Source: an uncultured bacterium
Lineage (GTDB): Bacteria > Armatimonadota > Abditibacteriia > Abditibacteriales > Abditibacteriaceae
Assembly (NCBI GenBank): GCA_963843795.1
Contig: CAWJLW010000006.1
Location: 2,170,001-2,234,000, forward strand
Length of the DNA: 64,000 nucleotides
Direction of reading: 5' to 3'
This document shows, piece by piece, positions 40,537-50,445 of this stretch; position 1 is the first letter of the stretch, and every line of letters starts with the position of its first letter. The translations under genes and the position numbers were made by a program. The notes under the pieces were generated by a model. It saw only the letters and a list, made by a program, of their open reading frames with translations. It was not told the origin of the DNA and did no database searches.

Positions 40537-41691
40537 ATGAATTCTTCATTCCCGAAAACCGCGCGTTTACTCGTCTTTTTCTGCGCTTTTGTGTTGTCGA
40601 TGAGCGATTTTGCGCGGGCGGAAAGTGTGGACAGCGTGGTCAATCCCAAGCGCGCCAACAATAGTTGGGTCAGCGATATGGCGCGCGTATTGGACAGCTC
40701 AACCAAGCAAAAATTGAACACGATGCTCAATAATTTGGAGCGCGAAACCAAAGCCGAAATGGCAGTCGTGACGATTCAACGCGCCGAGGGCGCAACGCCC
40801 AAGCAGTTCGCCACACGCTTGTTCAATCGTTGGGGTGTTGGTAAAAATAGCTCGGATAGCGGCGTGCTGTTTCTTTTGGTGATGGATTCGCGCCGCGTAG
40901 AAGTCGAAACCGGCAATGGCATGAGCAACATTTTGCCCGCGGGCGAAGTGCAAGATGTTTTGCAGCAGTTCGCCGTGCCGCGCTTCAAGCAAAACGATTA
41001 TTCTGGCGGCGTGGTCGCTGCCACGCAAGCGATTATCGGAAAAATCAAAGCTTCAGATACCGACCCCGCGCCCGGAAAATATGCGACGCCCGCGTCGGGA
41101 CAATCATCGGTCGCGCTTTCCGATCCCTTCGATGGCGTTGCTCAAGGCCAACAAACTTCGCGCGATTCGTCCTCCACTACTCTATTGCCTTTGGCGGGCG
41201 GCGCTCTGTTGCTGCCGCTGGGCGGGCTGGCGTGGATGAAAATGCGCCCGCGCAAATGTCCGCGCTGCGCTGGTAAAATGCGGATGATGAGCGAAAGCGA
41301 AGACGATGCGGCGCTGGCGTCCGATCAACGTTTTGAAGAAAGCATCGGCAGCGTCGATTATCGCGTCTGGCATTGCCAATCGTGCAACATGAACACGGTC
41401 GAACGTGCGGCCAAATGGTTCAGCGGCTACGACGATTGCCCCAACTGTCGCCACCGCACCTTGCAATCGCAAACGACTATTGTGCGCCACCCAAGCTACA
41501 CGCATACCGGATTGTCTCTGGTCACGCGCAGTTGCCGCTTTCCCAACTGCAATTTCCGCGACCAGAGCGAACACATTCTGCCCGTCAAAACCCGCTCGAC
41601 CTCACATTCATCCAGCAGCTCGTCGTCTTCGAGTTCGGGCAGTTTCGGCGGCGGCTCATCGAGCGGCGGTGGGGCCGGAGCCTCGTGGTAA
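40537..41691 (+). CDS. TPM-domain membrane protein with zinc-ribbon C-terminus
   Basis: WVSDMARVL...LFNRWGVG...GVLFLL...VETGNG; TM helix; four CxxC-type motifs; SFGGGSSSGGGAGASW tail. Confidence 0.85.
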   Translation: MNSSFPKTARLLVFFCAFVLSMSDFARAESVDSVVNPKRANNSWVSDMARVLDSSTKQKLNTMLNNLERETKAEMAVVTIQRAEGATPKQFATRLFNRWGVGKNSSDSGVLFLLVMDSRRVEVETGNGMSNILPAGEVQDVLQQFAVPRFKQNDYSGGVVAATQAIIGKIKASDTDPAPGKYATPASGQSSVALSDPFDGVAQGQQTSRDSSSTTLLPLAGGALLLPLGGLAWMKMRPRKCPRCAGKMRMMSESEDDAALASDQRFEESIGSVDYRVWHCQSCNMNTVERAAKWFSGYDDCPNCRHRTLQSQTTIVRHPSYTHTGLSLVTRSCRFPNCNFRDQSEHILPVKTRSTSHSSSSSSSSSSGSFGGGSSSGGGAGASW

Positions 41692-41712
41692 CTCGAAGTT
41701 GCAAAAGCAAAA

Positions 41713-41745
41713 AAAGCCGCAAGTTCGTAATGAACTTGCGGCTTT
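41713..41745. terminator. Terminator between convergent TPM gene and tRNA-Met
   Basis: AAAGCCGCAAGTTC-GTAAT-GAACTTGCGGCTTT. Confidence 0.8.
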
Positions 41746-41759
41746 CTAACAACATAAAA

Positions 41760-41833
41760 TGGCGGGGGCCAGATTCGAACTGACGACCTCAAGGTTATGA
41801 GCCTTGCGAGCTACCGGGCTGCTCCACCCCGCG
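41760..41833 (-). tRNA. tRNA-Met (CAT), initiator type, CCA not encoded
   Basis: CGCGGGGTGGAGCAGCCCGGTAGCTCGCAAGGCTCATAACCTTGAGGTCGTCAGTTCGAATCTGGCCCCCGCCA; unpaired 1-72 and A11-U24. Confidence 0.95.
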
Positions 41834-42025
41834 ATGCTCATCAAATATTACCGCTTTTTCGTCAGCCTGTCAAGGCCAACCCAAATTATTTTTGCAACAT
41901 CCGCTCACAATCCTACCGCAAGTACTTGCCAGCGCCACCTGTATGCTTGATAAAATTCCTCGCATGAACCAGCCTTCACTCTCATTGATATTAAAATACG
42001 AGAGAATGTTTTTGGGTTTTGATTT

Positions 42026-43618
42026 ATGAAAGAAAGTGAAGTGGCGAGTGGAATCACTTTTGGTCGTGAGCACGAGGAGCGCAGCGCATCGCGCGAGGCG
42101 TCGTTATTGGAGTGGCCGCTGTGGGATGACAGCCGCTGGCGGGTGGCGGCACTGCTCGTTGTGCTAATAGCGCTATTATTGCGCGGCTTGGTGTTAAGTT
42201 CACCGCTGGTTTTATCGGGCGATGCGCAGGCGCGCTATGTGCCGCTGGCGAGCAATTTGTGGCAAGGACATGGCTATTCGCGCCAATCGAGCGCGCCCTT
42301 TCGTCCCGATAGCTTCGACCAGCCGGGTTATCCGGCGTTTTTGGCGACGGCTCTGGATTTTGGGCGTGGCACTCTGGCTCTGGTTTCGCCGTTACAAATG
42401 GGGTTGGAAATCGCAATTGTCGGGCTAGTTTTCGCCATTGCTGGTGCGACGGGCTTGCCACGCGCCACGCGCTTGGGCGGGCTAGCGATCGCTTTACTCT
42501 GCCCATTTTTGCCCTTGTGGAGCGGACGCGCGATGACCGAAATTCTAACCACGTTTTGCTTGAGCGTTTTGTGTTGGCTGTGCGTACAGGCAGCGCGCGA
42601 TGACGAAGCAAGCGAGCGCAAAATTAAATGGTGGCTGTGTGCCGGAATCACGGGAGGCGCGTGTTTAATGGTGCGTGCCGATACCCTTCCAGCAGTCGGT
42701 TTGATGCTGTTAGCGAGCGCCATCGCCCAATGGTTTCACGAACGGCGGCGCGCTCGACGCTTGAATTTCGGGCTCAATCGATTTGGCGCGCGCACCGGCG
42801 ACGCGACGCGCGCGGCGAGCGGTTTCATAGTCGCGACATTAGCTTTGATGCTCGTAATGGTGCCGTGGACAGGGCGCAACTTCGGGGTTTTCGGTGAATT
42901 TTTGCCCCTCGGACGTGTGGGCGAACAGCAACGCAACGGTTATGTCGTGTGGCTGGGAACCTGGGTCGATGACACGCGCTATCACAAGCCGCTATGGTGG
43001 GACATTTTGAAGCCCGAACACGACATTCGCTTTCCCGTCGCCAAAATCACCGACCCGTTCGAGCGCCAAGTCGCGGTGCGCGGTGTGGAATTAGCGCGCA
43101 AACGTAAAATGTTCGCGGGCGATGCATCGCGGATATTTTTTAATTTGGCCGCACGCGCACGCGAGGAAAATCCACTGCTCGTGCGCGTGGTTGTGCCACT
43201 CAAACGCACTATAATGACGTGGCTGCGTATGCCCGATTACACGCCAATTACCGCCGTGCGCGGTTTCAAACGCGATCCCGCCCGACCGCACATTCCACGA
43301 CCGCACGAAGAATTTTTCATCGCTCTCATCGGCATCAGTTGGTATGCGCTGCTGATTTTCGCCCTCATTGGCATCGGACGCGCGATTTACCAACGCCGCT
43401 GGCTTTGCGCGCCGCTGCTGGGTTTAATTTTGGGACGCTCACTTCTGCCATTTGTCAGCGGCATCGGAACCGAACCGCGCTATATGATCGAAGCACTGCC
43501 TGCCGTATTCATTTTCGCCGCACTGGGCGCGACAACGATTTTGCATTTTTTAAGCTCAGGCCGCCAAAAGCCACTTAAAAGCATTCTGCAAGTACTTGCA
43601 GAACAATTGCAACGCTGA
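42026..43618 (+). CDS. GT-C fold membrane glycosyltransferase (PMT/ArnT-like)
   Basis: GDAQARY...PGYPAFLA...MTEIL...MVRAD...PWTGRN...EPRYM; many TM helices. Start uncertain. Confidence 0.7.
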   Translation: MKESEVASGITFGREHEERSASREASLLEWPLWDDSRWRVAALLVVLIALLLRGLVLSSPLVLSGDAQARYVPLASNLWQGHGYSRQSSAPFRPDSFDQPGYPAFLATALDFGRGTLALVSPLQMGLEIAIVGLVFAIAGATGLPRATRLGGLAIALLCPFLPLWSGRAMTEILTTFCLSVLCWLCVQAARDDEASERKIKWWLCAGITGGACLMVRADTLPAVGLMLLASAIAQWFHERRRARRLNFGLNRFGARTGDATRAASGFIVATLALMLVMVPWTGRNFGVFGEFLPLGRVGEQQRNGYVVWLGTWVDDTRYHKPLWWDILKPEHDIRFPVAKITDPFERQVAVRGVELARKRKMFAGDASRIFFNLAARAREENPLLVRVVVPLKRTIMTWLRMPDYTPITAVRGFKRDPARPHIPRPHEEFFIALIGISWYALLIFALIGIGRAIYQRRWLCAPLLGLILGRSLLPFVSGIGTEPRYMIEALPAVFIFAALGATTILHFLSSGRQKPLKSILQVLAEQLQR

Positions 43619-43632
43619 ACTTCTTATTTTTA

Positions 43633-44940
43633 ATGTTTAATTTCTTTACACGCTTGCTATTGCCGGTTCTAATGCTGTCATCGGCAAAAGCACAAATCCA
43701 AGACGTTCAAATTCCGCAAGTCACGGTAACAGTTAATTCCCAACAACGCGAAAGCATCACTCGTTTGCAGTTGGGCATCACGCACACGCAGCGCGATTTG
43801 GATACCGTTGCGGCTCACGATAAGGAAACGTTGGCACGAGCCAAGAAGTTATTTTCGCGCGTAGTGAGTTATCAGAACGTGCATATTATGGGCTGGGGAA
43901 CGGATAACCCAAATCCGGCTCCGGGCGTCTACAATTGGGATTCGCTCGACCGCCGCATGGCAATGGTGCGCTCGATTGGCGCGATTCCGGTCATTACGCT
44001 GTGCGCCGCGCCCGATTGGATGAAAGGTGGCGCAGCGGGCAAAACCGATTGGAAAAATATCGAAGTCGCGCCCACGCCCGAACATTTCGCCGACTTTGCG
44101 AAATTAGCCGCGACTATCGCCCAACGTTATCCCGACGTTCAATACTTTCAAGTTTGGAACGAGATGAAAGGCTTGTGGAAAGCCGACATCAACAACTGGG
44201 ATGCCGTCGCCTACACCGATTTATACAACGCGTGTTACCGCGCACTGAAATCTGTTAACAAAAATATCAAAGTCGGCGGGCCATATTTGGTGATTGAAGG
44301 CACCGGCGGTGGCAAAACGCCTGAAAACGACGCCACGCGCGCGCCACTTTCGCCGCGCAATGCGCAATTCATTGATTACTGGCTAGCACACAAAACCGGT
44401 GCCGATTTCATTGTGCTCGACCGTGGCTTGCAAAGTTTTCACGACAAAAACCAATATACGCCCGATGAATTGATGCGTTTGACACTTCAATTCGGCAACG
44501 CCGCGCGCCAAATTCGCGCGAAAACTGACTTGCCAATTTGGTGGGCCGAGTATTATCCCAACATGTCTGGAGGCCCGCAGGCCATCGCCGCTTCACACGC
44601 CGCCACTCTGGCGCAAATGGCGCGCAATGTCAGCTCGGTCGCGCTGTTATGGCAGCCGATGGAAAGCGGCGAAATTCCCGCTGCGTTAATCTCCGATGTG
44701 CGCGTTGCTAACGGCGGGCGCGCTTTGCCGTTATGGGACGTGTATCGCATTTTTCACGATGATTTTCCGCCTGGCACAGCGTTCGTCGCCGCCACTTCAT
44801 CATCCGACGCGGTGCAAGTACTTGCCTCGCCCGAACGCACGCTGCTTATCAACACGACCGAGCAAACGTTCATCGCCAATGTCAATGGCGTACCTTACGC
44901 GCTGGGGCGTTATGATGTGCGCAGTATTCCCACGCCGTGA
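43633..44940 (+). CDS. Exported GH39-like glycoside hydrolase
   Basis: YNWDSLD, APDWM, FQVWNE, KVGGP, WWAEY. Confidence 0.75.
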   Translation: MFNFFTRLLLPVLMLSSAKAQIQDVQIPQVTVTVNSQQRESITRLQLGITHTQRDLDTVAAHDKETLARAKKLFSRVVSYQNVHIMGWGTDNPNPAPGVYNWDSLDRRMAMVRSIGAIPVITLCAAPDWMKGGAAGKTDWKNIEVAPTPEHFADFAKLAATIAQRYPDVQYFQVWNEMKGLWKADINNWDAVAYTDLYNACYRALKSVNKNIKVGGPYLVIEGTGGGKTPENDATRAPLSPRNAQFIDYWLAHKTGADFIVLDRGLQSFHDKNQYTPDELMRLTLQFGNAARQIRAKTDLPIWWAEYYPNMSGGPQAIAASHAATLAQMARNVSSVALLWQPMESGEIPAALISDVRVANGGRALPLWDVYRIFHDDFPPGTAFVAATSSSDAVQVLASPERTLLINTTEQTFIANVNGVPYALGRYDVRSIPTP

Positions 44941-45507
44941 TTATTCGCTTTTCTGTGGCGCTTCCCGCAGCACGCGACATGGATTGCCTGCTGCAATGAC
45001 ATTGGCGGGCACATCTTTGGTCACTACGCTGCCCGCGCCGATCACCGAATTTTCGCCAATCGTGACGCCGGGTAACACAATCGCGCCGCCGCCGATCCAT
45101 ACGTTATCACCAATAGTAATCGGCGAGGCCGATTCCAACATTGTGATGCGCGTTTCCGCGTCCAGCGGATGATGAGCAGTGTAAAGCTGCACATTGGGCG
45201 CGAGCATTACGTTATCGCCGATAGTGATGGTCGCGCAATCGAGGAAAATCGCGCCGAAGTTGGCGTAAAAATTATCGCCCACCAAAATATTGATGCCGTA
45301 ATCGCAGCGAAAAGGCGGTTCGATTTCGATGCGCGGTCCCATTTTGCCCAAAAAACGATTCAACAAAGCGCGCCGCACATCGCGTTCTTTGGCGCGCGTG
45401 GCGTTGTAAGCGCCGGTAAATTCACGCGCGCGTTCGCGCAGCAAAGCCAAGGCTTTGTCATCGGGATTATAAAGTTCGCCAGCCAGCATTTTTTCACGTT
45501 CAGTCAT
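44941..45507 (-). CDS. maa: Sugar O-acetyltransferase (maltose O-acetyltransferase family)
   Basis: MTEREKMLAGELY, PPFRCDYG, hexapeptide repeats, AGNPCRV. Confidence 0.9.
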   Translation of the reverse strand: MTEREKMLAGELYNPDDKALALLRERAREFTGAYNATRAKERDVRRALLNRFLGKMGPRIEIEPPFRCDYGINILVGDNFYANFGAIFLDCATITIGDNVMLAPNVQLYTAHHPLDAETRITMLESASPITIGDNVWIGGGAIVLPGVTIGENSVIGAGSVVTKDVPANVIAAGNPCRVLREAPQKSE

Positions 45508-45574
45508 AAAGTGTAGTTTGCTCGGTTTCGCTCAGAGACACAGAGATTTCGTAGAGAACACAGAGGAAATCAAA

Positions 45575-45612
45575 AGAACTTCACGCTGCAAGTACTTGCA
45601 GCGTGAAGTTCT
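45575..45612. repeat. 38-bp perfect palindrome between divergently transcribed genes
   Basis: AGAACTTCACGCTGCAAGTACTTGCAGCGTGAAGTTCT. Confidence 0.9.
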
Positions 45613-45671
45613 GAAAATTTTAGGGTTAAATCTCTGCGCGCTTTGGCGAAATTGAAAGCTAAACTGTGACA

Positions 45672-47453
45672 ATGCCTGATTCTCCTCAAAAGCGTTCTGA
45701 AATTTCTGTATTCCATCGCTTGTGGCCTTATTTGCTGCCGCATCGCACCAAAATTTTCACTGGTTTTGCCCTGCTGTTGGTTTCGATTCCCGCCCAGAAC
45801 TTTCATCCCATCGTGTGGGCGTATATAGTCGATACCGTGATTGGAAAACAGCGCGTCGAAATGCTGTTGCCCGCCATCGTTGCTATGTTCGGCGTGCAGG
45901 CGCTGGGCACGGTTTTGGGCGCGTGGCGCAATAACATTCTGGAAAAAGTCGGGCAGGAAATGGTCTACGACCTGCGCAACCAAACCTACGCCAAATTACA
46001 GCGCCAATCTTTGAGCTATCATCACGATAATCGTTCCGGCGATTTAGTTTCGCGCACCATGGGCGATATTGATGTGTTGCAAGAAGTCGCAGTTCAAGGA
46101 ACCGATTCGATTGTCGCCAACGGACTGAGCTTTCTGTGGGTTGCAGGCGTTCTGGTTTCTTACAACTGGAAATTGGCGACGGCGACTCTGTTGCCAATTT
46201 TTCTGGTTGGCGTGCTCACCAAGTACTTCAACACGCGGGTCAAGGTGATTTATCGCGAATCGCGCGAACGTTTGGGCGATGTGAACGCGCGCTTGCAGGA
46301 AAATTTGCAGGGCTTACCACTGATAAAAGCTTTCGCACGCGAACCCTTTGAATCGGAGCGCTTTGGCAACGTCACGCGCGCGCATCGCGCGGTGCAATTT
46401 GAAGTCATTAACGCGCGCAATCTGTTCTTTCCGGCGGTGGGCTTTGTCGGTTTCTTTTCCAATATCATTTCGGTTGGCTTTGGCGCGTGGCTGGTTTTGC
46501 AGGGCCAGTTTACGGTCGGCGGTTTAGTGCTGTATCGCGGTTACTGGTGGCCCTTGTTCGCACCGATTAACCAGTTGGCCAATATCAACGAAATGTTGCA
46601 GCGCGCCCAAGCCGCTGGCGCGCGCGTTTTTGAAGTGATCGATGCGCCCGAAACCATTCAAGACGGCACGCAAGTACTTGCGTGGGGCGAAGGCCGCGTG
46701 CGCTTCGACCATGTTTCGTTCGCTTACAACGAGCGCACACAAACCCTGAATGACGTTTCGTTTGCAGTTGAACCCGGACAGATGATCGCACTCGCTGGCC
46801 CATCGGGCGCGGGCAAATCGACGGTTTTGAATTTGTTGCTGCGCTTCTATGATCCACTCGAAGGCAAAGTGTTAATCGACGAGCAAAACATTCGCGACGT
46901 GACGCAGCAAAGTTTGCGCGAAGGCATGGCGTTCGTGCCGCAAGAAGCGTTTCTCTTCAACGGTTCTATTGCCGATAACATCGCTTACGGTCGGCCCGAT
47001 GCGACACGCGCCGAAATGGAAAGCGCCACGCGAGCGGCCAATGCGCACGATTTTATCGCCGCTCTACCCGATGGTTACGACACCGAAATCGGCGAGCGCG
47101 GCCTGAAACTTTCGGGCGGGCAACGTCAACGATTGGCCATTGCGCGCGCCTTTCTGGCCGATCCGCAACTGTTAATTTTGGATGAACCCACAAGCGCCGT
47201 CGAAGCCGAAAGTGAAAGCATCGTGCAACAATCTCTCGAACGCTTGATGCGTGGCCGCACAACTTTCGTTACCAGTCACAGATTAAGTTTGATTCGCAAC
47301 GCCGATCTGATTTTGGTGTTCGATGGTGGCCAATTAATCGAACGCGGCACCCACGCGCAACTGCTGGAAAGCGAAGGCTTGTATGCTGGAATGTATCGTA
47401 TGCAAATGGGTTTGGACGAAGTGGCGCGTGAAGAATTAGCTTTTGAAGCCTAA
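45672..47453 (+). CDS. ABC exporter, fused permease/ATPase (MsbA/MdlB-like)
   Basis: TM domain followed by GPSGAGKS, LSGGQRQR, LDEPTS, SHRLS. Confidence 0.92.
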   Translation: MPDSPQKRSEISVFHRLWPYLLPHRTKIFTGFALLLVSIPAQNFHPIVWAYIVDTVIGKQRVEMLLPAIVAMFGVQALGTVLGAWRNNILEKVGQEMVYDLRNQTYAKLQRQSLSYHHDNRSGDLVSRTMGDIDVLQEVAVQGTDSIVANGLSFLWVAGVLVSYNWKLATATLLPIFLVGVLTKYFNTRVKVIYRESRERLGDVNARLQENLQGLPLIKAFAREPFESERFGNVTRAHRAVQFEVINARNLFFPAVGFVGFFSNIISVGFGAWLVLQGQFTVGGLVLYRGYWWPLFAPINQLANINEMLQRAQAAGARVFEVIDAPETIQDGTQVLAWGEGRVRFDHVSFAYNERTQTLNDVSFAVEPGQMIALAGPSGAGKSTVLNLLLRFYDPLEGKVLIDEQNIRDVTQQSLREGMAFVPQEAFLFNGSIADNIAYGRPDATRAEMESATRAANAHDFIAALPDGYDTEIGERGLKLSGGQRQRLAIARAFLADPQLLILDEPTSAVEAESESIVQQSLERLMRGRTTFVTSHRLSLIRNADLILVFDGGQLIERGTHAQLLESEGLYAGMYRMQMGLDEVAREELAFEA

Positions 47454-47550
47454 ACACGAATTTTGCCAACTTCGTCTTTCGACTTCCTGATTTCTTTGCT
47501 ACTCTTAAAACGCACAAATCAATAAAATCACTAAGGCAATTCCCAATTTT

Positions 47551-48294
47551 ATGTCTCGTCTGAAAGTACTTTTTACCGGCACCACGGGCCGTATCGGCAG
47601 CCAAATTACTCCGATGCTGCGCGACCGCTACGATTTACGCACCTACGATCTTCAACCCAATCCCGATGTGGACGACGCCATTGGCGGCGACATTTCCGAT
47701 TTCGATGCAGTAAAAAACGCCATGACCGGCTGCGATGTCGTACTTCATCTCGCGGCGACTTCAGACGAAGCGCCGTTTGTCGAACAATTGTTGCCCAACA
47801 ATATTCTGGGCGTTTACAATGTGCTCGAAGCCGCGCATCAAAGCGGCGTGAAACGTGTCGTATTTGCTTCGAGCGTGCAGGCCATCGGGCGCGATTTGCA
47901 CCGCAACGATCCCGACGCACCTGCCTTGCAGACGGAACACATTCCGCGACCTTCTTCACAATATGGCGCGACCAAAGTGTGGGGCGAAACGCTGGGACGT
48001 TGGTATTACGATACGCATGGTTTGGAATTTGTCAGTCTGCGCATCGGCGCGTTTCAGCCTTACGATTCCGATTGGCTGCAACGCGATATTTGCCGCGACA
48101 TTTGGCTCAGCCCGCGCGATATGTTTCAACTCAGCTGGCGCGCTATTGAAACGCCGGATGTGGGTTATACGGTTGTCAACGCGACCAGCCAACCGCCACG
48201 CGAAGTGATGGGCTTAGATTCGGCGCGTCGCGTTCTGGGTTATCAGCCCGAAGATAAATCGGACGATTTTTATGCGCCGCGCAGAGAAAAGTAA
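47551..48294 (+). CDS. NAD-dependent epimerase/dehydratase family (uronate-dehydrogenase-like)
   Basis: TGTTGRIG, HLAA, FASS, YGATK, LRIG. Confidence 0.85.
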   Translation: MSRLKVLFTGTTGRIGSQITPMLRDRYDLRTYDLQPNPDVDDAIGGDISDFDAVKNAMTGCDVVLHLAATSDEAPFVEQLLPNNILGVYNVLEAAHQSGVKRVVFASSVQAIGRDLHRNDPDAPALQTEHIPRPSSQYGATKVWGETLGRWYYDTHGLEFVSLRIGAFQPYDSDWLQRDICRDIWLSPRDMFQLSWRAIETPDVGYTVVNATSQPPREVMGLDSARRVLGYQPEDKSDDFYAPRREK

Positions 48295-48302
48295 AGGGAG
48301 AA

Positions 48303-49274
48303 ATGAGGATGATGCAGCGAAAAACATACAAGCAGAAAAAATTACCACCGGTCGAACTGCCGGAAAATTTCGCGCGGTTTCAGGTCGGCTGCGTGCCGCT
48401 GCAATATGGCAGTTTTCGTCAGAAATCACCCGACGATTGGCCGGAAGAACGTGTACTCCGCGAAGTCGCATATGCTGGTTACGCGGGAATCAGCGCCGGG
48501 CCACGCAAAGAGATGACGCCGGCACAAACGGTTCTCTTTTATCGCGACTTCAATCTCGATGTCGCGCCGACTTACTTCGGTGGAAACTGGTGGAAAGTGG
48601 AAGAGCGCGAAAAAGCCATTGAGCGCGCTAAATTCCTCGGCGATTACTGCGCGCAAATGGGGCTGCGCGAACTGTTCGTTTCCGCTGGCGGATTTGGCGA
48701 CTACGTTTCGCGCCGCAACGGTAAGACGCGTGCAGAACTTTCCGGTCAGGTGCAAAGTGAAGACGGTTTAACGGAAGAGGAATGGCAGATCTTGGCAGAC
48801 ACACTCAATGCGATTGGCGAAGCTACCATGAATAGCGGCGTGCGCGCGTGTTATCACAATCACGTCGCCGCAGTCGTGGAAACACGCGAAGAAATGGAAA
48901 AGTTGCTTTCGCTGACCGACCGCGACAAAGTGTGGCTCGGCCCCGACACCGGACATTTGCTGTGGGCCGGTGCTGATGTCACACAATTTTTTCGCGATTA
49001 CGCGCCACTGATTAAAAGCGTGCATCTCAAAGATGCTTCCCAGAGCGTGCGCGAAAAAGGCGTCGAGAAAGAGTGGGATTACAACGAATTTAGCAAAGCA
49101 GGTATCTGGCGCGAACTCGGAGAAGGCGATATTGATTTTCCGGCTCTCATCGAAATTCTACGCGACCAAGATTTCGATGGCTGGCTTTTGTGTGAGACCG
49201 ATGTCACGCAAAAAGACACCCCGATGGAAAGCGCGCAAATTAATCGCAAGTACTTGCACGAACTGGGAATTTAA
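48303..49274 (+). CDS. Sugar phosphate isomerase/epimerase TIM barrel (IolE-like)
   Basis: YHNH, DTGH, VHLKD, ELGEG, WLLCETD. Confidence 0.85.
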   Translation: MRMMQRKTYKQKKLPPVELPENFARFQVGCVPLQYGSFRQKSPDDWPEERVLREVAYAGYAGISAGPRKEMTPAQTVLFYRDFNLDVAPTYFGGNWWKVEEREKAIERAKFLGDYCAQMGLRELFVSAGGFGDYVSRRNGKTRAELSGQVQSEDGLTEEEWQILADTLNAIGEATMNSGVRACYHNHVAAVVETREEMEKLLSLTDRDKVWLGPDTGHLLWAGADVTQFFRDYAPLIKSVHLKDASQSVREKGVEKEWDYNEFSKAGIWRELGEGDIDFPALIEILRDQDFDGWLLCETDVTQKDTPMESAQINRKYLHELGI

Positions 49275-49285
49275 ATTTGGCCACC

Positions 49286-49317
49286 AAAGCGTGCTGCAAG
49301 TACTTGCAGCACGCTTT
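49286..49317. repeat. 32-bp perfect intergenic palindrome within an operon
   Basis: AAAGCGTGCTGCAAGTACTTGCAGCACGCTTT. Confidence 0.9.
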
Positions 49318-49340
49318 CAATTTGCATCAAAGGAAAAATT

Positions 49341-50375
49341 ATGGCATTACGCGCAGCAATTATCGGTTGTGGACGTCCCTTCAAAAGCGATGGCTCAACA
49401 GGCTTCGGCATGTCGCACGCGCACGCGGTCGCGCTGAAAAAAGCCGGTGTCGAACTTGTAGCCGCCGCTGATATCAGCGAAGAAAACGCGCGTGCGTTTC
49501 AGGAAACGCATGGCGTCGAAACCACCTATTCCGATTATCACGAAATGCTTGCCAGCGAAAAATTCGATTGGGTTTCGATCTGCACGTGGCCACATCTGCA
49601 TGCCGATATGGTCGTCGCAGCGGCACAATCGGGCGCGCGCGCCGTTCACTGCGAAAAGCCGATGTCGACCACTTACGGTGACGCCAAGCGCATGGTCGCG
49701 GCGTGCAAAGAATCGAACACACAACTCACTTTCAACCATCAGCGCCGCTTTGGCGCGCCGTTTCAAAAAGCGCGCGAGCTTGTCCAAGATGGCGCGATTG
49801 GCGAACTGAAACGCATGGAAGCGCGCTGCGGCGATTTGTACGACTGGGGCACGCACTGGATCGATATGATGTTCTTTTTCAACGACCAGAAAGAAGTCGA
49901 ATGGGTTTTTGGCCAGGTCGATTTGAACGGAGCGCGCCGCATTTTCGGCGCTCCGGTCGAAGGCGCGGGTTTGAGCCATTTTCATTTTGAAAACGGTGTT
50001 GATGCGACGCTCATCACGGTTGGCAACAGCGGACAGCCCAACCATCGTTTGATTGGCACCAAAGGCATCATCGAAGTCGGCGTTGATGGCGAACTCGACT
50101 TGCGTATGATGAACGATCAGCAAGCCGGTTGGCAGAATTTCGAAGAAAAAGGGATTCACGGCGACAATCACATCGACATGGCGATTGCCGACGGGGTCAG
50201 CGCGTTGCACAACGGCACGACGCCGCTGCTGTCAGGCGATTTCGCGTTGCAAACCACGGAAGTGATTTTCGCGACTTACGAATCGGCACGTCGACGCGCC
50301 AGAATTAATCTGCCACTGGATATTGATGATTCACCGCTGCAAGATATGCTCGATGAAGCAGGCATTAAGTTGTAA
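49341..50375 (+). CDS. Gfo/Idh/MocA family oxidoreductase
   Basis: AIIGCG, HCEKPM, HQRRF, DWGTHWID. Confidence 0.9.
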   Translation: MALRAAIIGCGRPFKSDGSTGFGMSHAHAVALKKAGVELVAAADISEENARAFQETHGVETTYSDYHEMLASEKFDWVSICTWPHLHADMVVAAAQSGARAVHCEKPMSTTYGDAKRMVAACKESNTQLTFNHQRRFGAPFQKARELVQDGAIGELKRMEARCGDLYDWGTHWIDMMFFFNDQKEVEWVFGQVDLNGARRIFGAPVEGAGLSHFHFENGVDATLITVGNSGQPNHRLIGTKGIIEVGVDGELDLRMMNDQQAGWQNFEEKGIHGDNHIDMAIADGVSALHNGTTPLLSGDFALQTTEVIFATYESARRRARINLPLDIDDSPLQDMLDEAGIKL

Positions 50376-50378
50376 ACC

Positions 50379-50413
50379 AAAGCGCCCTGCAAGTACTTGC
50401 AGGGCGCTTTTTT
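50379..50413 (+). terminator. 32-bp perfect palindrome with U-tail
   Basis: AAAGCGCCCTGCAAGTACTTGCAGGGCGCTTTTTT immediately after a stop codon. Confidence 0.8.
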
Positions 50414-50445
50414 GTGTTTATTTTTAGATAAAGCAAAGGTTTTCT

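Noticed and set aside
41590..41691. Ser/Gly low-complexity run as a repeat element
   Set aside because: Normal C-terminal tail of TPM-domain proteins.
47563..47572. AAAGTACTTT and other short AGTACT matches (24017, 28607, 46220, 53741) as family members
   Set aside because: Two or more differences from the 12-mer and explainable by coding sequence; not counted.
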